Source of the DNA: a virus | IMG/VR virus record: IMGVR_UViG_3300047157_000171 | Strand: one strand, 5' to 3' | Length of the DNA stretch: 64,000 nt | In this document: piece after piece, positions 23,326-35,288 of the stretch | Position numbering within the stretch: the first letter of the stretch is position 1 | Layout of the letters: each line of letters opens with the position of its first letter | Position numbers and translations under genes: made by a program | Notes under the pieces: model-generated | Seen by the model: the letters and a program-made list of their open reading frames with translations, nothing else | Databases searched by the model: none | What the model was told of the DNA's origin: nothing

Positions 23326-23784
23326 ATGGCGGATATAAATAATTTTGGGATTGATTTTCCTTTTTCGGATTCTACGAATGGGAAGTATTTAAAAATGACG
23401 AACACTTCAAGTAAAGAAGTAAGGGCGGCATTGATTCATTTGTTATTAACAAGAAAAGGAAGTCGTTATTATTTACCAAGTTTTGGAACCAAACTATATG
23501 ACCATATATTTGAACCAATGGATGAGAGTACTTTCAGTAAGATACAACAAGATGTTGATGAGTCTGTTAAAGAATTCTTACCACAACTAACGGTTAATAG
23601 TATCAAGGTCACTCCGTATTTAGAAACAGAAGAAAGTCCTGGTGAGTTTACTACAGGGTTAGATGAAAGACTTTATAGAATTGCCTCTAAAGGTACTGAA
23701 GAGTACACGGCTAAATTAAGGATTGATTACACAAATAGTATTGGTCAATTCGCAGAAAGAGATTACATTTTAATTAACATATAA
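23326..23784 (+). CDS. Baseplate wedge subunit, T4 gp25-like
   Basis: GIDFPF, LIHLLLTRKGSRYYLPSFGTKLYDHIFEP, FLPQLTVNSI. Confidence 0.85.
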   Translation: MADINNFGIDFPFSDSTNGKYLKMTNTSSKEVRAALIHLLLTRKGSRYYLPSFGTKLYDHIFEPMDESTFSKIQQDVDESVKEFLPQLTVNSIKVTPYLETEESPGEFTTGLDERLYRIASKGTEEYTAKLRIDYTNSIGQFAERDYILINI

Positions 23785-23786
23785 CC

Positions 23787-25622
23787 ATGGCAGATAAGAT
23801 TTCATACGTAGAAAGAGACTTTTTGGGGTTAAGAACTGAATTAGTTAACCTAACAAAAGAGTATTACCCAGATTTAATACAAAATTATAACGATGCGTCA
23901 TTATACTCGGTATTCTTAGATATGAACGCTGCGATTGGTGATAATTTACATTATCATATTGATAGGACAATGCAAGAGACTGTGTTGGACTACGCACAAC
24001 AAAAACAATCAATATATAATATTGCCAGAACTTACGGATTAAAGTTACCGGGTAAAAGACCTTCAGTGACTTTAGTTGACTTTACAGTTAACGTTCCTGT
24101 TTCGGGGGATAAAGAAGATTCTAGATATTTGGGTATCCTAAGAAGAGGAGCTCAGGTGTCGGGTTCGGGACATATATTTGAAACGATTTACGATATTGAC
24201 TTCTCAAGTCAGTATGATTTGAAAGGTAATCCAAACAGGACTAAAATTCCTATTGTTGATGGTTCGGGGACAATATTATCGTATAATATAACAAAAAGAG
24301 AGGTTGTTGTTAATGGGGTAACAAAGGTGTTTAAAAAAGTTATTAGACCTTCAGATGTTAAACCATTTATGAGATTATACCTACCGGATGAAGATGTGTT
24401 AGGGATTGTGGATGTTATAGAAAAACAAGGAACAACATTTAGTACAGTACCGTCAGATGCAGAATTTAGAAAAACTAAAAATAAGTGGTATGAGGTTAAA
24501 AGTTTATCACAGGATAGAATTTTTACTCAAGACCCGACATCTCCTTCAGACCAACCAGGTGTTGTAAGGGGTAAGTATAAAACAGTTGATAGAAGATTTA
24601 TATCTGAGTTTACTCCTGAAGGATTTGCGTTTGTAACTTTTGGTGGTGGTAATACATCGGCTCAAGACCAATTCGATACTTTCGTTGACTTAGAAGGAAG
24701 TTACGATTTATTAGATTTCACAAATAACTTATCATTAGGTAAATCAGTTAAACCAAACACTACTTTATTTATAAAATATCGTGTTGGTGGTGGTATAACA
24801 TCTAACGTAGGTGTTAATTCATTAAACGACTTAGGTGATTATGATTTTTCGGTAACAGGACCATCGTCTAATATCAACACACGAGTTATTAACTCTTTAA
24901 CTGCGACTAACGTAGCAGCCGCGATTGGTGGGGCGGACAAACCATCATTAGAAGAAATTAGAAATATGGTTGCGTTTAATTTCGCCGCTCAAGAAAGAGC
25001 CGTGACATTGAATGATTATAGAATATTAATAAAGACAATGCCGGCAAAATATGGAGCACCATCAAAGGTGAACGTATTTGAAGAAGATAATAAGATAAGA
25101 ATTAATTTATTGTCTTATGATTCTGATGGTAGTTTAACAAATAAAGTTTCTAACGTTTTAAGACAAAACATTGCTGAGTATCTATCAGAATATCGAATGA
25201 TTAACGATTATATTGAGACAGAAGTTGCTGAGATTATTGACTTAGGTTTTGAGATAGATGTGATATTAGATAAGAATGTTAATCAAACAGAAATCATATC
25301 TTCGATTTTATCAGAAGTGTCTTCATATTTGGAGATTGATGGTAGAGACTTAGGTGAACATTTATATGTTGGTGAGTTAAAACAAATTGTTAATTCACAA
25401 TCTGGTGTGGTTAACTTAGTCGATTTAAGGGTTATTAATAAAGTGGGTGAAGGGTATTCAGATACTAAAACTGCTCAACCGTATATTGATGAAGACACCA
25501 AACAAATTCAATTAGGTGATGAAACGGTTTATATGAGAAGTAATCAGATTTACCAAGTTAGGTTCCCAAGTAAGGATATCGTTGTCAGAGTTAAAACAAT
25601 TTCTGCTCCTTTGATTAATTAA
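23787..25622 (+). CDS. Baseplate wedge subunit, T4 gp6 / baseplate J-like
   Basis: DFLGLRTEL, SIYNIARTYG, YRVGGG..SNV, GGADKPSLEEIR, QERAVTLNDY; follows the gp25-like gene. Confidence 0.85.
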   Translation: MADKISYVERDFLGLRTELVNLTKEYYPDLIQNYNDASLYSVFLDMNAAIGDNLHYHIDRTMQETVLDYAQQKQSIYNIARTYGLKLPGKRPSVTLVDFTVNVPVSGDKEDSRYLGILRRGAQVSGSGHIFETIYDIDFSSQYDLKGNPNRTKIPIVDGSGTILSYNITKREVVVNGVTKVFKKVIRPSDVKPFMRLYLPDEDVLGIVDVIEKQGTTFSTVPSDAEFRKTKNKWYEVKSLSQDRIFTQDPTSPSDQPGVVRGKYKTVDRRFISEFTPEGFAFVTFGGGNTSAQDQFDTFVDLEGSYDLLDFTNNLSLGKSVKPNTTLFIKYRVGGGITSNVGVNSLNDLGDYDFSVTGPSSNINTRVINSLTATNVAAAIGGADKPSLEEIRNMVAFNFAAQERAVTLNDYRILIKTMPAKYGAPSKVNVFEEDNKIRINLLSYDSDGSLTNKVSNVLRQNIAEYLSEYRMINDYIETEVAEIIDLGFEIDVILDKNVNQTEIISSILSEVSSYLEIDGRDLGEHLYVGELKQIVNSQSGVVNLVDLRVINKVGEGYSDTKTAQPYIDEDTKQIQLGDETVYMRSNQIYQVRFPSKDIVVRVKTISAPLIN

Positions 25623-25679
25623 TCAAGTTTACATTACTTTGTATTATCTTATTATTAATTAGGAAAATATTTAATTTAA

Positions 25680-25687
25680 TATTTATC
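25680..25687 (+). promoter_or_regulatory. Putative late promoter TATTTATC
   Basis: Starts 23 nt before ATG 25703. Confidence 0.4.
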
Positions 25688-25702
25688 TAAAAAGAAACAC
25701 GT

Positions 25703-28700
25703 ATGTCTAAATCCTATAGAATAAGAACAACACCAGGGGTAGATACTAACATTAAAATCAATATCGACCAAGACTTTGATACGTTAGACATCTTATCCTT
25801 AAAAATGACACAAACAGGTGAGTACACAAGTTTATGTGCTGACTTTGGTGTTGTGGTAGGTAGAGTATTTACTAACGGGGGGTATGGAGTACCAAATACC
25901 CGTGTGTCTATATTTGTACCTATTGATAATATCGATGAGGATAATCCAGTGATTAATGAGATTTACCCCTTCAAAACATCCACGTCAAGAAACGAAAAAG
26001 GGTACAGGTATAACTTATTACCTAATATAAAACAACATTCGGGACATACACCGACAGGTACTTTCCCGTCTAAGGTTGATGTTCTTACACAAGAACACAT
26101 ATTAGAGGTATACGACAAATATTACAAATATTCTGCAAAAACCAATGACTCAGGTGACTTTATGTTATTTGGGGTTCCATTAGGTACACATACAATACAT
26201 TACGACTTAGATTTATCTGACATTGGTTGTCAGTCTTTAGTTCCTTACGATTTAAAATTCGAAGGAGTTTCGGATGAAAAGTTTGAAAACGCATATACGT
26301 TTATGTCTTCAGACAATTTAGATTCCTTACCTCAAATCGTATCTACACAGAAAACAGTAAATGTTGAACCATTTTGGGGTAATCCTGAATTATGTCAAAT
26401 AGGTATAACTCGTTCAGATTTTGATTTAAAAGAAAGAGGTGTTAGGATAGACCCTTATGCTATTATGATGGGTGGTACGTTTACTGATTCAGGTAAAGAT
26501 GCTTTACGAGCCAGTTGTAATGTTGATAATCAGATGGGTGAGAAATGTCGACTAACCACATTCAAAGGAGACGTTGAAGCGATACGTTTTAGTGGTCAGT
26601 ACGAAAGTAAGCCTAATGGTGAGATTGACATGAAAAGACCGATATTAGAAAGTATATCTTTTAGACACTCAGGTTGATGAGAAAGGAGTGTATTTCTTCA
26701 GAGTTCCGATGAATATGAAATACGTTACAACTGACGAGTTCGGTTATTTAGTGGAATCTAAAGATGAGGATGTGGGTATACCGACTATGGGTAACTATAG
26801 GTTTAGAATAAGTTTAAATGAAGATACAGGAGAAAGAAATCGTTTTACTGGTAAGTATTTAATCCCTAACGTTAGGGAATATCACACTGATGATGATACT
26901 AATTTTGTTGGTGGTCGCTCAACGATAGATAGTAAATCGTACTCATTCAGTACGAATTTAGACGATTATCCTGCGGCTGCGATATCTGAGATTGCGGGTA
27001 TGAGCCAAGATGCGATTGACAATAACCAAGTGGGTGTACCACAAGATTATTTTTACCAATACCGTTACGGTAGGGTTTATACTGCGTCTAGCTTTATCAA
27101 CCAATATTGGAAGACAGGTTGGTGGGAGAGAGTGTTTAAGATTTTTGTTAGAGATAGGAATGAATCGTTTATTGGTATAAAAGAGATTTGGCCGTCAGAA
27201 AAAGATGATTGTGCCAACACTAATAACTTCTTTCCGATTAATGATGCAGTTAGGAATCATAGATTTAATTTCTTTATTTTAACGATTCTTAGTTATGTTG
27301 ATTATCTCGGATTAGTTTATAACGTTACTGATAAATGAATTTGTAACTAGGGTGTTGTTTCTTATTGCAGCCGCGTTAGAAAGGATTACAAGAATCTGCG
27401 AATAAGGGCAGTCGGCTAAGATGTATAGAAGGGCGAAAGAATTCCAATTTGATAATATTATGACACTTGAGGTCTAATTACGTATCCCGATTGTTATGAT
27501 TGTACTGAAGATAATGAGGAGAATTCGGTTATTTTTAACGTTGACATTATAAGTCAGGCTGATATTACTGATACAGTAACAGACAACCCTTCGGGTGATT
27601 TCCAAGACGTTATCTTTATTGAAAATTATAATACGGCTAGCGATGATTGTTCTACATATGATATAGAGAATACATCAAGTAATACAGTTACTATTTCTAA
27701 TTGGACGGATTGTGAAGGACAAAATGAGACTATAGTCCTTTCGCCGAATGAAGTATTACTTGCTTATCGAGGAGCGGGAGGTCAAATACCACCAGCAGAC
27801 GTTACATATAGTAATATAATTGACATTTCAGGACCTGAATCGTATGACCCTGACGGTAATCTATATATTCCAAATAGTGTAATACCACCACCCGCTGCGG
27901 GTACCGATGACGGTGAGATTCTTCTTGAATTATGGATTTTTGGAATTGCTGGTTTTGGAGATACTGACCCTGATAGTTTAGGGTTTGTGTATATATCTGC
28001 TGGTCCTGGACAAGCGTATAGTATTGTTTGGGATGAGACTTATAATATGTGGGCAATTCTTGGGGGTTATGACGATGTTAGAGAAGGAATTGCTGAATTT
28101 TATAATAAACCTGTAGATGAAACTGTTAGTGGCTCATGTCATGAAGTTAAAGGTGAGGTTAAAATTTATAGGGCATGGAAATACGAGGAACTAGTCGAGG
28201 AAACCCTTGAAATTATAGAAATTGAAAATGGATGTGAAAAATATGATTTTATAATTGAAGATGAAAAGACTGGACGTGGTAATATGTTATTAAGACCATT
28301 TGTTGGTCCATTTGCAGGTCCCGATGGTAATACATATTTAACCTATAATGATGCTAAAAATATATACCCACAATACAGGCCGACTTCTAGTTATGTTTCT
28401 AATTTTTGGCAAACTGACAATGAGGGAAGATTCATGTGGGAACAATTAGACTCTTCGGAAGAATATTATAATACGATAAATGGGATTGATGAAAACGGTA
28501 ATAATATAGAGGATAATTGTGAAGATAGACCAACATATGATGTAAAAGCGGTTGCTTCATACCACAGTAAATGGCCTTTAGAAAAGGACTCTCGTAAATT
28601 TGATAACAATCCGGCTCACTGTATATATTTAGGAAAAATATTATGGTAAGGTCAAGAAAAGAGGTCCTTATTGGGTAGATTACGATAAAACAAAGAGGGG

Positions 28701-30048
28701 TACTTTATCGGGTTATTCTGAATTTAGAGATGGTGTTTACACCTTAGTTCCTTTGGCCGGAAGAACCGGTGAGATGTTAAACGACTACAGAAGAAGAAAG
28801 TTATTTGGTAAATTAATGTGTAGTGGTGTAGTTTCATATACCTTCTCTAACTCATGGTTAAATGGGGCGTTATATTTCTTTCAGTTTATGAAAAGAGGTA
28901 AAAATAGGTATTGTAAAGATTGTTTATATAGAAAAGAAGATGAAACTGGTGTTCACTACTATTATAGGTCAACGCCATTCAATCCGAACTATAGTCAAGG
29001 AGAAAATCAATATAACTACAGTAATGGAGGGAATAATTTAGGTTTAAATAGTCAATTAACTGAGGACTATATGGATAAAACTAAAGGGTTTTATGGGTCT
29101 TCTCGAGACGGGAAGCATAGAGAAATTAATTACCCAACGACTGTGATGGATTTAGGACCTAGAAATACTTGGTTAAATGAAATTTGTGCAGATAACGAAT
29201 TAGACCCTAACTGTTCAATAAGTAGAAGTATTGGTGCCACCTCATATAAAGGTGTTGATGACCTAATGGAGTATACTATACAGTCAAAAGAAATTAAAGA
29301 GAGAGGTCGATTAAGGGTTAGGGATTTATTTGATAGTAGAAAAGGTAAGATTGATGGAGATATTTCTCAGTTAATGAATTTTAACACACAAACAGGGATA
29401 TATCCGTTTGAAATCGAAGAGGAGGACTCACCATATATGTCCTTATACAATGGTATTTTTGATTCCAAAGGACCTATAGGTATTAAAATGTTCTTTTCTG
29501 AAGATGACCCTGACACTCCTGAGTTAGAACAATTAGGTGGGTTAATAAGGGCGTGTCTTAATGAACCTGGAAGGTTAGGAGATACATCACAAAGAGTTCC
29601 TTATTTTTTATGGAATACTAGAGGTCACGGTTTTGGTGAAAGAGCGGTGGGTGATGGTAGTGGTCTTAACGGATTATTTGATGACGTTGCGTTACCATTT
29701 TTTGATGAACTTGGGACTCTTTTAAGTAGGTCGGGTGAAAAACAAAGTTATTATGAGAATAAGGTTTATAATCAAAGAATACAAATGTTTAAAGCAAATC
29801 TTAATGAAGATTTAAATAATGACCCATCGGATAATGAGTACCTTAAACCTTATTTATTACCCCCAATTATTGACTGTGTTGAGGTTAATGGGGAAAAATT
29901 AAAGGCGAATGACAATTATAAAGAGTATACTGTTAATCAAAAACGAGCCCATTTAATGGAAATTGGTGTTCCGTTCCATTTTCAACTAGGGTTGAGAAAA
30001 GGTTCTACTGCGTATGATAAATTTATTGAAAATTATGGACCTAAATAA
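25703..30048 (+). CDS. Large virion/baseplate-associated protein (~1450 aa) fragmented by several frameshifts
   Basis: Fragments 25703-26677, 26688-27338, ~27471-28649 and 28753-30048 rejoin after removing one T (26659-26662) and one A (28634-28638) and fixing several indels in 27315-27480. N-terminal beta-sandwich-like VGRVFTNGGYGVPNTRVSIF. Confidence 0.5.
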
Positions 30049-30049
30049 T

Positions 30050-30721
30050 ATGAAACGAAACCCGAGTCATTTAATAATATATTTTCTTTATAAAGAGGAA
30101 GAAAAGTTATTATATAGGTTTTTATCCAAAATAACCCATAGTGTTATAGGAACAACAACAAATATTGATGGAATTATACAAGATATAAATAAGTTTGTTC
30201 AAAAATACGATGGTATTAAACTTAAACAAATCAACCTGACTAGTTATGGTTCTGGTTATAGGTTAGTTGAGGGGTTGACTAAAGAAGATGTTATTAAAAT
30301 CATAGACTCATTGAGTTCTGTTATCACTAAAGAGACTAAAATAATGTTTACCACTTGTTATAGTGGGTCTACCTATCGAAAACTTGTGGAATTATCAGAA
30401 CATTATAATGGTATGGATATCTATGGAATGTATAGTAATTACGGATTAACATCTAATATGACCAAGTGTAAATGTAAAGAAAAGGGGGTAAGTCAAAAAA
30501 TAATAAATGAAATACCCAAAAGTAGGTACGGGTTTGAACACGATGAGGTTATGGTGGTGAATACTATTAGAAGAGGTGAAAACGAAGTGATTGATTGGAA
30601 ACGTTGTGGGATGGCATATCAATACGACAAAACTATGAAAGAAAGGGGTATCTGTGAAGAATCTAAACAACCATATACGTTATTAAAATCAATTAGGAAT
30701 TATTTATTTAATATACAGTAA
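30050..30721 (+). CDS. Hypothetical protein
   Basis: ATG 30050 follows the previous stop; TAATG-coupled to the next gene. Confidence 0.55.
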   Translation: MKRNPSHLIIYFLYKEEEKLLYRFLSKITHSVIGTTTNIDGIIQDINKFVQKYDGIKLKQINLTSYGSGYRLVEGLTKEDVIKIIDSLSSVITKETKIMFTTCYSGSTYRKLVELSEHYNGMDIYGMYSNYGLTSNMTKCKCKEKGVSQKIINEIPKSRYGFEHDEVMVVNTIRRGENEVIDWKRCGMAYQYDKTMKERGICEESKQPYTLLKSIRNYLFNIQ

Positions 30722-32470
30722 TGGAGAATAAAAAAATTATATTACCCGAGTTAAGGTTCAAAGGTTCTGAAGAGACAGATATGTCTTTAAAAGTTGAACT
30801 TGCTCAAGAAGGTAGACATATCGTTGAAGGGGATAGAACTGTAATTTTAAGTCAGTCAGAACAATACGATACTGAAAGACAGAAATCGGACAAGTATAGA
30901 TTGACGGGTATTATAAGACCCATATGGAAAAATATTACTGACTTAACAACAACCAACCTTGAGATATTACATAACTTATTTTTTGTAAACGAGAAAATTG
31001 AAGAAATCATTAATGAAACGGAGGATAACTCTCCATCTGATTTAGATTTATCTGAGTTAATAGGTCGAATACCGATGAAAGAAATGTCTTTTATTCGTGA
31101 AGACTATAATGGTGGTATCGCATCTGAAGAGTTTTTCGATATTACAGGGTATAAAAATTATTCGTGGTATAATAACGGTAATGGTTTTGGTTCTGTTTTT
31201 TCTGATAGAATCAATTGGAATTTATACCTAACCTACCCTAGTGAGAAGTTTGTACCTACTGTCGGTGATAAGATTAAATTAAACTTACCTGAACATGAAG
31301 GGACGATTGAATTTGATTTGGCTAATGGGTTACCGTTCAAGGCGACTGATAACGGTTCGTATTTTGAATTTTATACTCCACTTAAACATGGATTAAGTAA
31401 GGACGATTTTGTCGAGATTAGTGGTGTGGTTTATAGTGTTGATGTTATTGGTAATCAAAAATATCGTTCAGAAGATAGAATATTTGGGATTTATAAAGGA
31501 CAGTTTGAAGAAGGTGTCGTATTAGATGAGGGTGGTTTTAAGAGAGTGATTGAGAAAAATAATCCTGAAGAAACGACCTCAGAGTATTATATGATTAAAC
31601 ATAAGATACTTAGAACCCACGAGGCGTTTGAGGTACAAAAAAACGCATTTGAATCTTCAATTTTTGAGGACGAACGATATATACAGAAATACGGATTAAC
31701 TGATGACAATGTACCATCATACGAAGAGCAAGGTGTTGTAAGAACACAAGAAAACGGAAATACCTATATGTTCATCTTAAAGGATGAGGTAGATGTTGAT
31801 GGGTTAGTTGACCATTTAGAAAGACCATTAACAAACATTAACGTTAGTGTCTTACATAGAAACAATATGAAGATGTTCAACCAACAACAATATGGGTTTG
31901 AAAGACAATTCGGTTATGGAAACGAAGATGCGTTAACTAAGGTTGAAGAAAGTTTGTATGAGTGGTAATGATAAGGTGGTTAAAGACTTATCGGTTGGTG
32001 ATACTATTATGGGTGGTATTTATGAGTATAACCCATATGAAATGATAGAAAGAAAGGTAACGGACAGACACTTAAGACTATCGTTTAATGATGATTTTTT
32101 CGATAGAAAAACGATAAATGGGACTACATACCCTAATGGACCTGAAGGTTACTATTATAACCCACATTTTGAATATAAGTTAAGGGTCTATTCGGATTAT
32201 ATTGAAGAGTCTGACACTGGCGACATATATAACTTACCATCATATGCCAAATACTTTCAAAAAGAAAATGTTTGGAAATGGAGAGATATATGGTCAAAAG
32301 GTTATGTTAATGCTGAGGGATTAGGTGTTGATTATCCGTTTATAAATGGATGTCATTACATTAATAATGTTGAAAATTTATATATAAAACCAGATACCAT
32401 TGATGGTGTGACTAATAGTAGAGTAGAAGATACTCGAATAAACCCATTCTTAATTGACGATTGTGAGTAA
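30721..32470 (+). CDS. Virion structural protein, probably one gene split by a +1 frameshift near 31950
   Basis: ORFs 30721-31968 and 31943-32470 fuse by removing one base at gaagaaagtttg (~31945-31956); the second ORF relies on a TTG start. Confidence 0.45.
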
Positions 32471-33380
32471 AGTACGAATAGTTAGAGGTAAGAGTTTAAA
32501 CATCCCTATTAGTTTAGAGACTAAGTTTGATATTACAGGTCAGGAGGATTTGATTGAAAAGTTCTCTGACGATGTATTACAGGATATAATAAACCCTGTA
32601 AAAGATTATGAGGTGTCTAAATTTATACATAATTACGATGATAGTGGGGATAACGGGTTATATATCGCAGCTTCATTTATAGATAAAAGTGGGGAGTCAC
32701 CATTTTGGATTGACGAGTATTATCCACAAGGGTTTGAAGAACGAGAATTAGTATTATTTAGTAATGCGGTTAAAAACAGTTTTTTTAAGTTAGATTTTTT
32801 CGACACAACCTCAAGAGAAAAACAGAAATTACAGTTAACCAAAATAATACCGATATATCTTTCAAATTTATCAATTTATGATGCCGATTATGACGGTATT
32901 GCGGATTATGAGGATGATATGGTGGATATTGATGGTGACGGTGTTGATGATAACACTGCTGGAGGTGTTAGTGGTCCAAACGAGCAGGATTATATCGATG
33001 AGTTTGGGGATAGATTTGAGGATAGTAGTAAATTAACACGAATAGACGTTGGAACGTACATTGTCCCAAATATTTACTCGAATAATGTTAAAAATAATGA
33101 AGTTTCTGATTTATTTGTTTTTAAAAGTTTAAGTACAAAACCCTTTAACGAGTTTTATATGGGTTGTAGATTTTTTAATGCGAAGACAGGTGATGTGGTT
33201 AGAATGACTAATGACCCATTAGTTGATTCAGGGATAAACCCTAAAAAAGATTTTTACTATAAAGTTAAATTAAATAGACAGAAATTGACTTATGAAATTT
33301 ATGATTATAGTGATGGTGTTGAAGGGGAAAGAGTAGGTGATTCAGAAGATAACCCATTAATGTTTTATCAAATGTTATAA
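32454..33380 (+). CDS. Putative virion protein with acidic Ca-binding-like repeat
   Basis: DADYDGIADYEDDMVDIDGDGVDDN resembles DxDxDG / TSP3-like motifs; within the structural block. Confidence 0.5.
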   Translation: MTIVSKVRIVRGKSLNIPISLETKFDITGQEDLIEKFSDDVLQDIINPVKDYEVSKFIHNYDDSGDNGLYIAASFIDKSGESPFWIDEYYPQGFEERELVLFSNAVKNSFFKLDFFDTTSREKQKLQLTKIIPIYLSNLSIYDADYDGIADYEDDMVDIDGDGVDDNTAGGVSGPNEQDYIDEFGDRFEDSSKLTRIDVGTYIVPNIYSNNVKNNEVSDLFVFKSLSTKPFNEFYMGCRFFNAKTGDVVRMTNDPLVDSGINPKKDFYYKVKLNRQKLTYEIYDYSDGVEGERVGDSEDNPLMFYQML

Positions 33381-34339
33381 TGAAAAAGACAATTAAAAAA
33401 ATATCAGACAATACTAATTACCGTCTTAAGGTTTATTTAGAGCAAGATTACGACAATGTTGGTTTATATACTCCGACTGATGGTGATATTGGTCATATTG
33501 ATGTATTATGTAATTTTGTTGTTCAAACCAATGAGAATGATACGACAGTTAAATTACGTGATAGTGTTAATGACGATAAATATAAATTTATGAAAAGTCT
33601 TTCGTATAATGTTGATTGGGGTGACGGAAATCAAAACACATACCAAGTTAACGGTGTATTAAACACACATCAATATAGTGGTAATGGTTCGTATGATATA
33701 ACACTTACAATTGATACTCCGTGGGGTAGAAATAAACAGGTAAAGAAAGTGACAGTCCCTTCAAATATTGATATTACGTTTGACGTTAATGCGACCACTC
33801 CCGAGAGTTTAGGGTATGACTACGAAATGTTATCGTATGTTAATACTTCAGGTGTTATAATATGTGATGGTGGGGTTAGTCGTTTAAATGAATTAAGAAG
33901 ATATGGCGCAAATGGATTACAGGCTACTATTACCGAGGTTGAGGGTAAATCGGGAATTGACGGTATATCTCAGATAACTAGTGGGTTATCAACAACAAAT
34001 ATGGTTTATGTATATTTCATTGATGGGATTAAGTATATGGATGATGAGGAAACGGGATACACCACGATTAGTGTTTATCCGTCTTTATTTACGGATGGAC
34101 AAAATGAAGGATTTACTCACGAACTTTTGAGTATGGATACAGGTCCTGTGGTACATCAAGAGGTATTTCATGGGATAACAAACGAAATTGAGATACAATC
34201 AGATATCTTTATTGAGAGAGGTAAACAGGCTCCATTTGAGTTCTATTATAAGATGGGTGAGGTATCCAATATGAAGGAACTTGAACAGAATGGAAATAAA
34301 TTCTTCAAGATTAACGATTCTGATGATATTAGGGACTAA
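33380..34339 (+). CDS. Putative virion protein with PKD (Ig-like) domain
   Basis: VDWGDG...HQYSGNGSYDITLTI matches the PKD consensus. Confidence 0.6.
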   Translation: MKKTIKKISDNTNYRLKVYLEQDYDNVGLYTPTDGDIGHIDVLCNFVVQTNENDTTVKLRDSVNDDKYKFMKSLSYNVDWGDGNQNTYQVNGVLNTHQYSGNGSYDITLTIDTPWGRNKQVKKVTVPSNIDITFDVNATTPESLGYDYEMLSYVNTSGVIICDGGVSRLNELRRYGANGLQATITEVEGKSGIDGISQITSGLSTTNMVYVYFIDGIKYMDDEETGYTTISVYPSLFTDGQNEGFTHELLSMDTGPVVHQEVFHGITNEIEIQSDIFIERGKQAPFEFYYKMGEVSNMKELEQNGNKFFKINDSDDIRD

Positions 34340-34356
34340 AAAATTTAATAAAATAC

Positions 34357-34364
34357 TATTTATA
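34357..34364 (+). promoter_or_regulatory. Putative late promoter TATTTATA
   Basis: Starts 23 nt before ATG 34380. Confidence 0.45.
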
Positions 34365-34379
34365 ATAATATAAAAAGAG

Positions 34380-35288
34380 ATGGCAACAGGTAATTACGGA
34401 ATAAAGAGACCAGCAGATGTTACACCTTCCGATGTGGAGGTTTTTTTACATTATGCTTCAGATAGAGATTCGAATACGGCACCAGTGTTTAAAAAATTAA
34501 ATGCTAGTGATATTTTGTCACCTGTTTTCCATAACGATGTGACAGGTGGTACTCAAGAAACAGAGATGTTAGGGGGTTTATATAACTTAACACTTGAAAG
34601 TGGAGAATTTTCAGATTTAGGGGTGTATAACTTATACATCAGACCAAAAGAAATAAGAACGAATATCACAGATTGTGGTGTGTTATTAACATTACCAAAC
34701 GTTAAGGGGTTGATATTTGACGTATCAAGTATACCATCAGAAGATAGAGGTAAATTTGTGAATAACGGATTGGTTGGGTACAGAATTGAATACTTAGACG
34801 ATAGTGGTAAAAAGATTAGTAACTTCTATAGAGTTATAACGAGTAGTTTTTTCTGTGAACCGATTGTTGCTAATTTAACAAATACAAATCAAAAATCTTT
34901 AAGATATAGATATACGAGTAATCCTACGAGTTTAGTATATTGTACTGTAACTCCGAGTACTGCTCCAACAAATAATCCAAATGAGATTCCATTTATTGGT
35001 GAACCAAACCAAAATGTTATCTTAACCAATACTTACTTTAACCCTGTACACATGGAGGTTGAGTTAGTAGAACACGACGAACAAACATTAGCATACGCAT
35101 TGTATGGTAATCAAACTAAGTCAATTGAAGACGGAATATACACGATTTACGATAAAGAGAATAATATATACAGACAGTATAACTTATTTGAAATACGTGA
35201 TGAAATTAATAATAAATTATATGAGGTCCGTGAAGATAGAATTGATGACATCGACACGTCCAAAGGTTTTGATAATATAGCGAATTAA
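34380..35288 (+). CDS. Putative virion structural protein
   Basis: 302 aa, preceded by the late motif and TAATG-coupled to the giant wedge/fibre gene. Confidence 0.55.
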   Translation: MATGNYGIKRPADVTPSDVEVFLHYASDRDSNTAPVFKKLNASDILSPVFHNDVTGGTQETEMLGGLYNLTLESGEFSDLGVYNLYIRPKEIRTNITDCGVLLTLPNVKGLIFDVSSIPSEDRGKFVNNGLVGYRIEYLDDSGKKISNFYRVITSSFFCEPIVANLTNTNQKSLRYRYTSNPTSLVYCTVTPSTAPTNNPNEIPFIGEPNQNVILTNTYFNPVHMEVELVEHDEQTLAYALYGNQTKSIEDGIYTIYDKENNIYRQYNLFEIRDEINNKLYEVREDRIDDIDTSKGFDNIAN

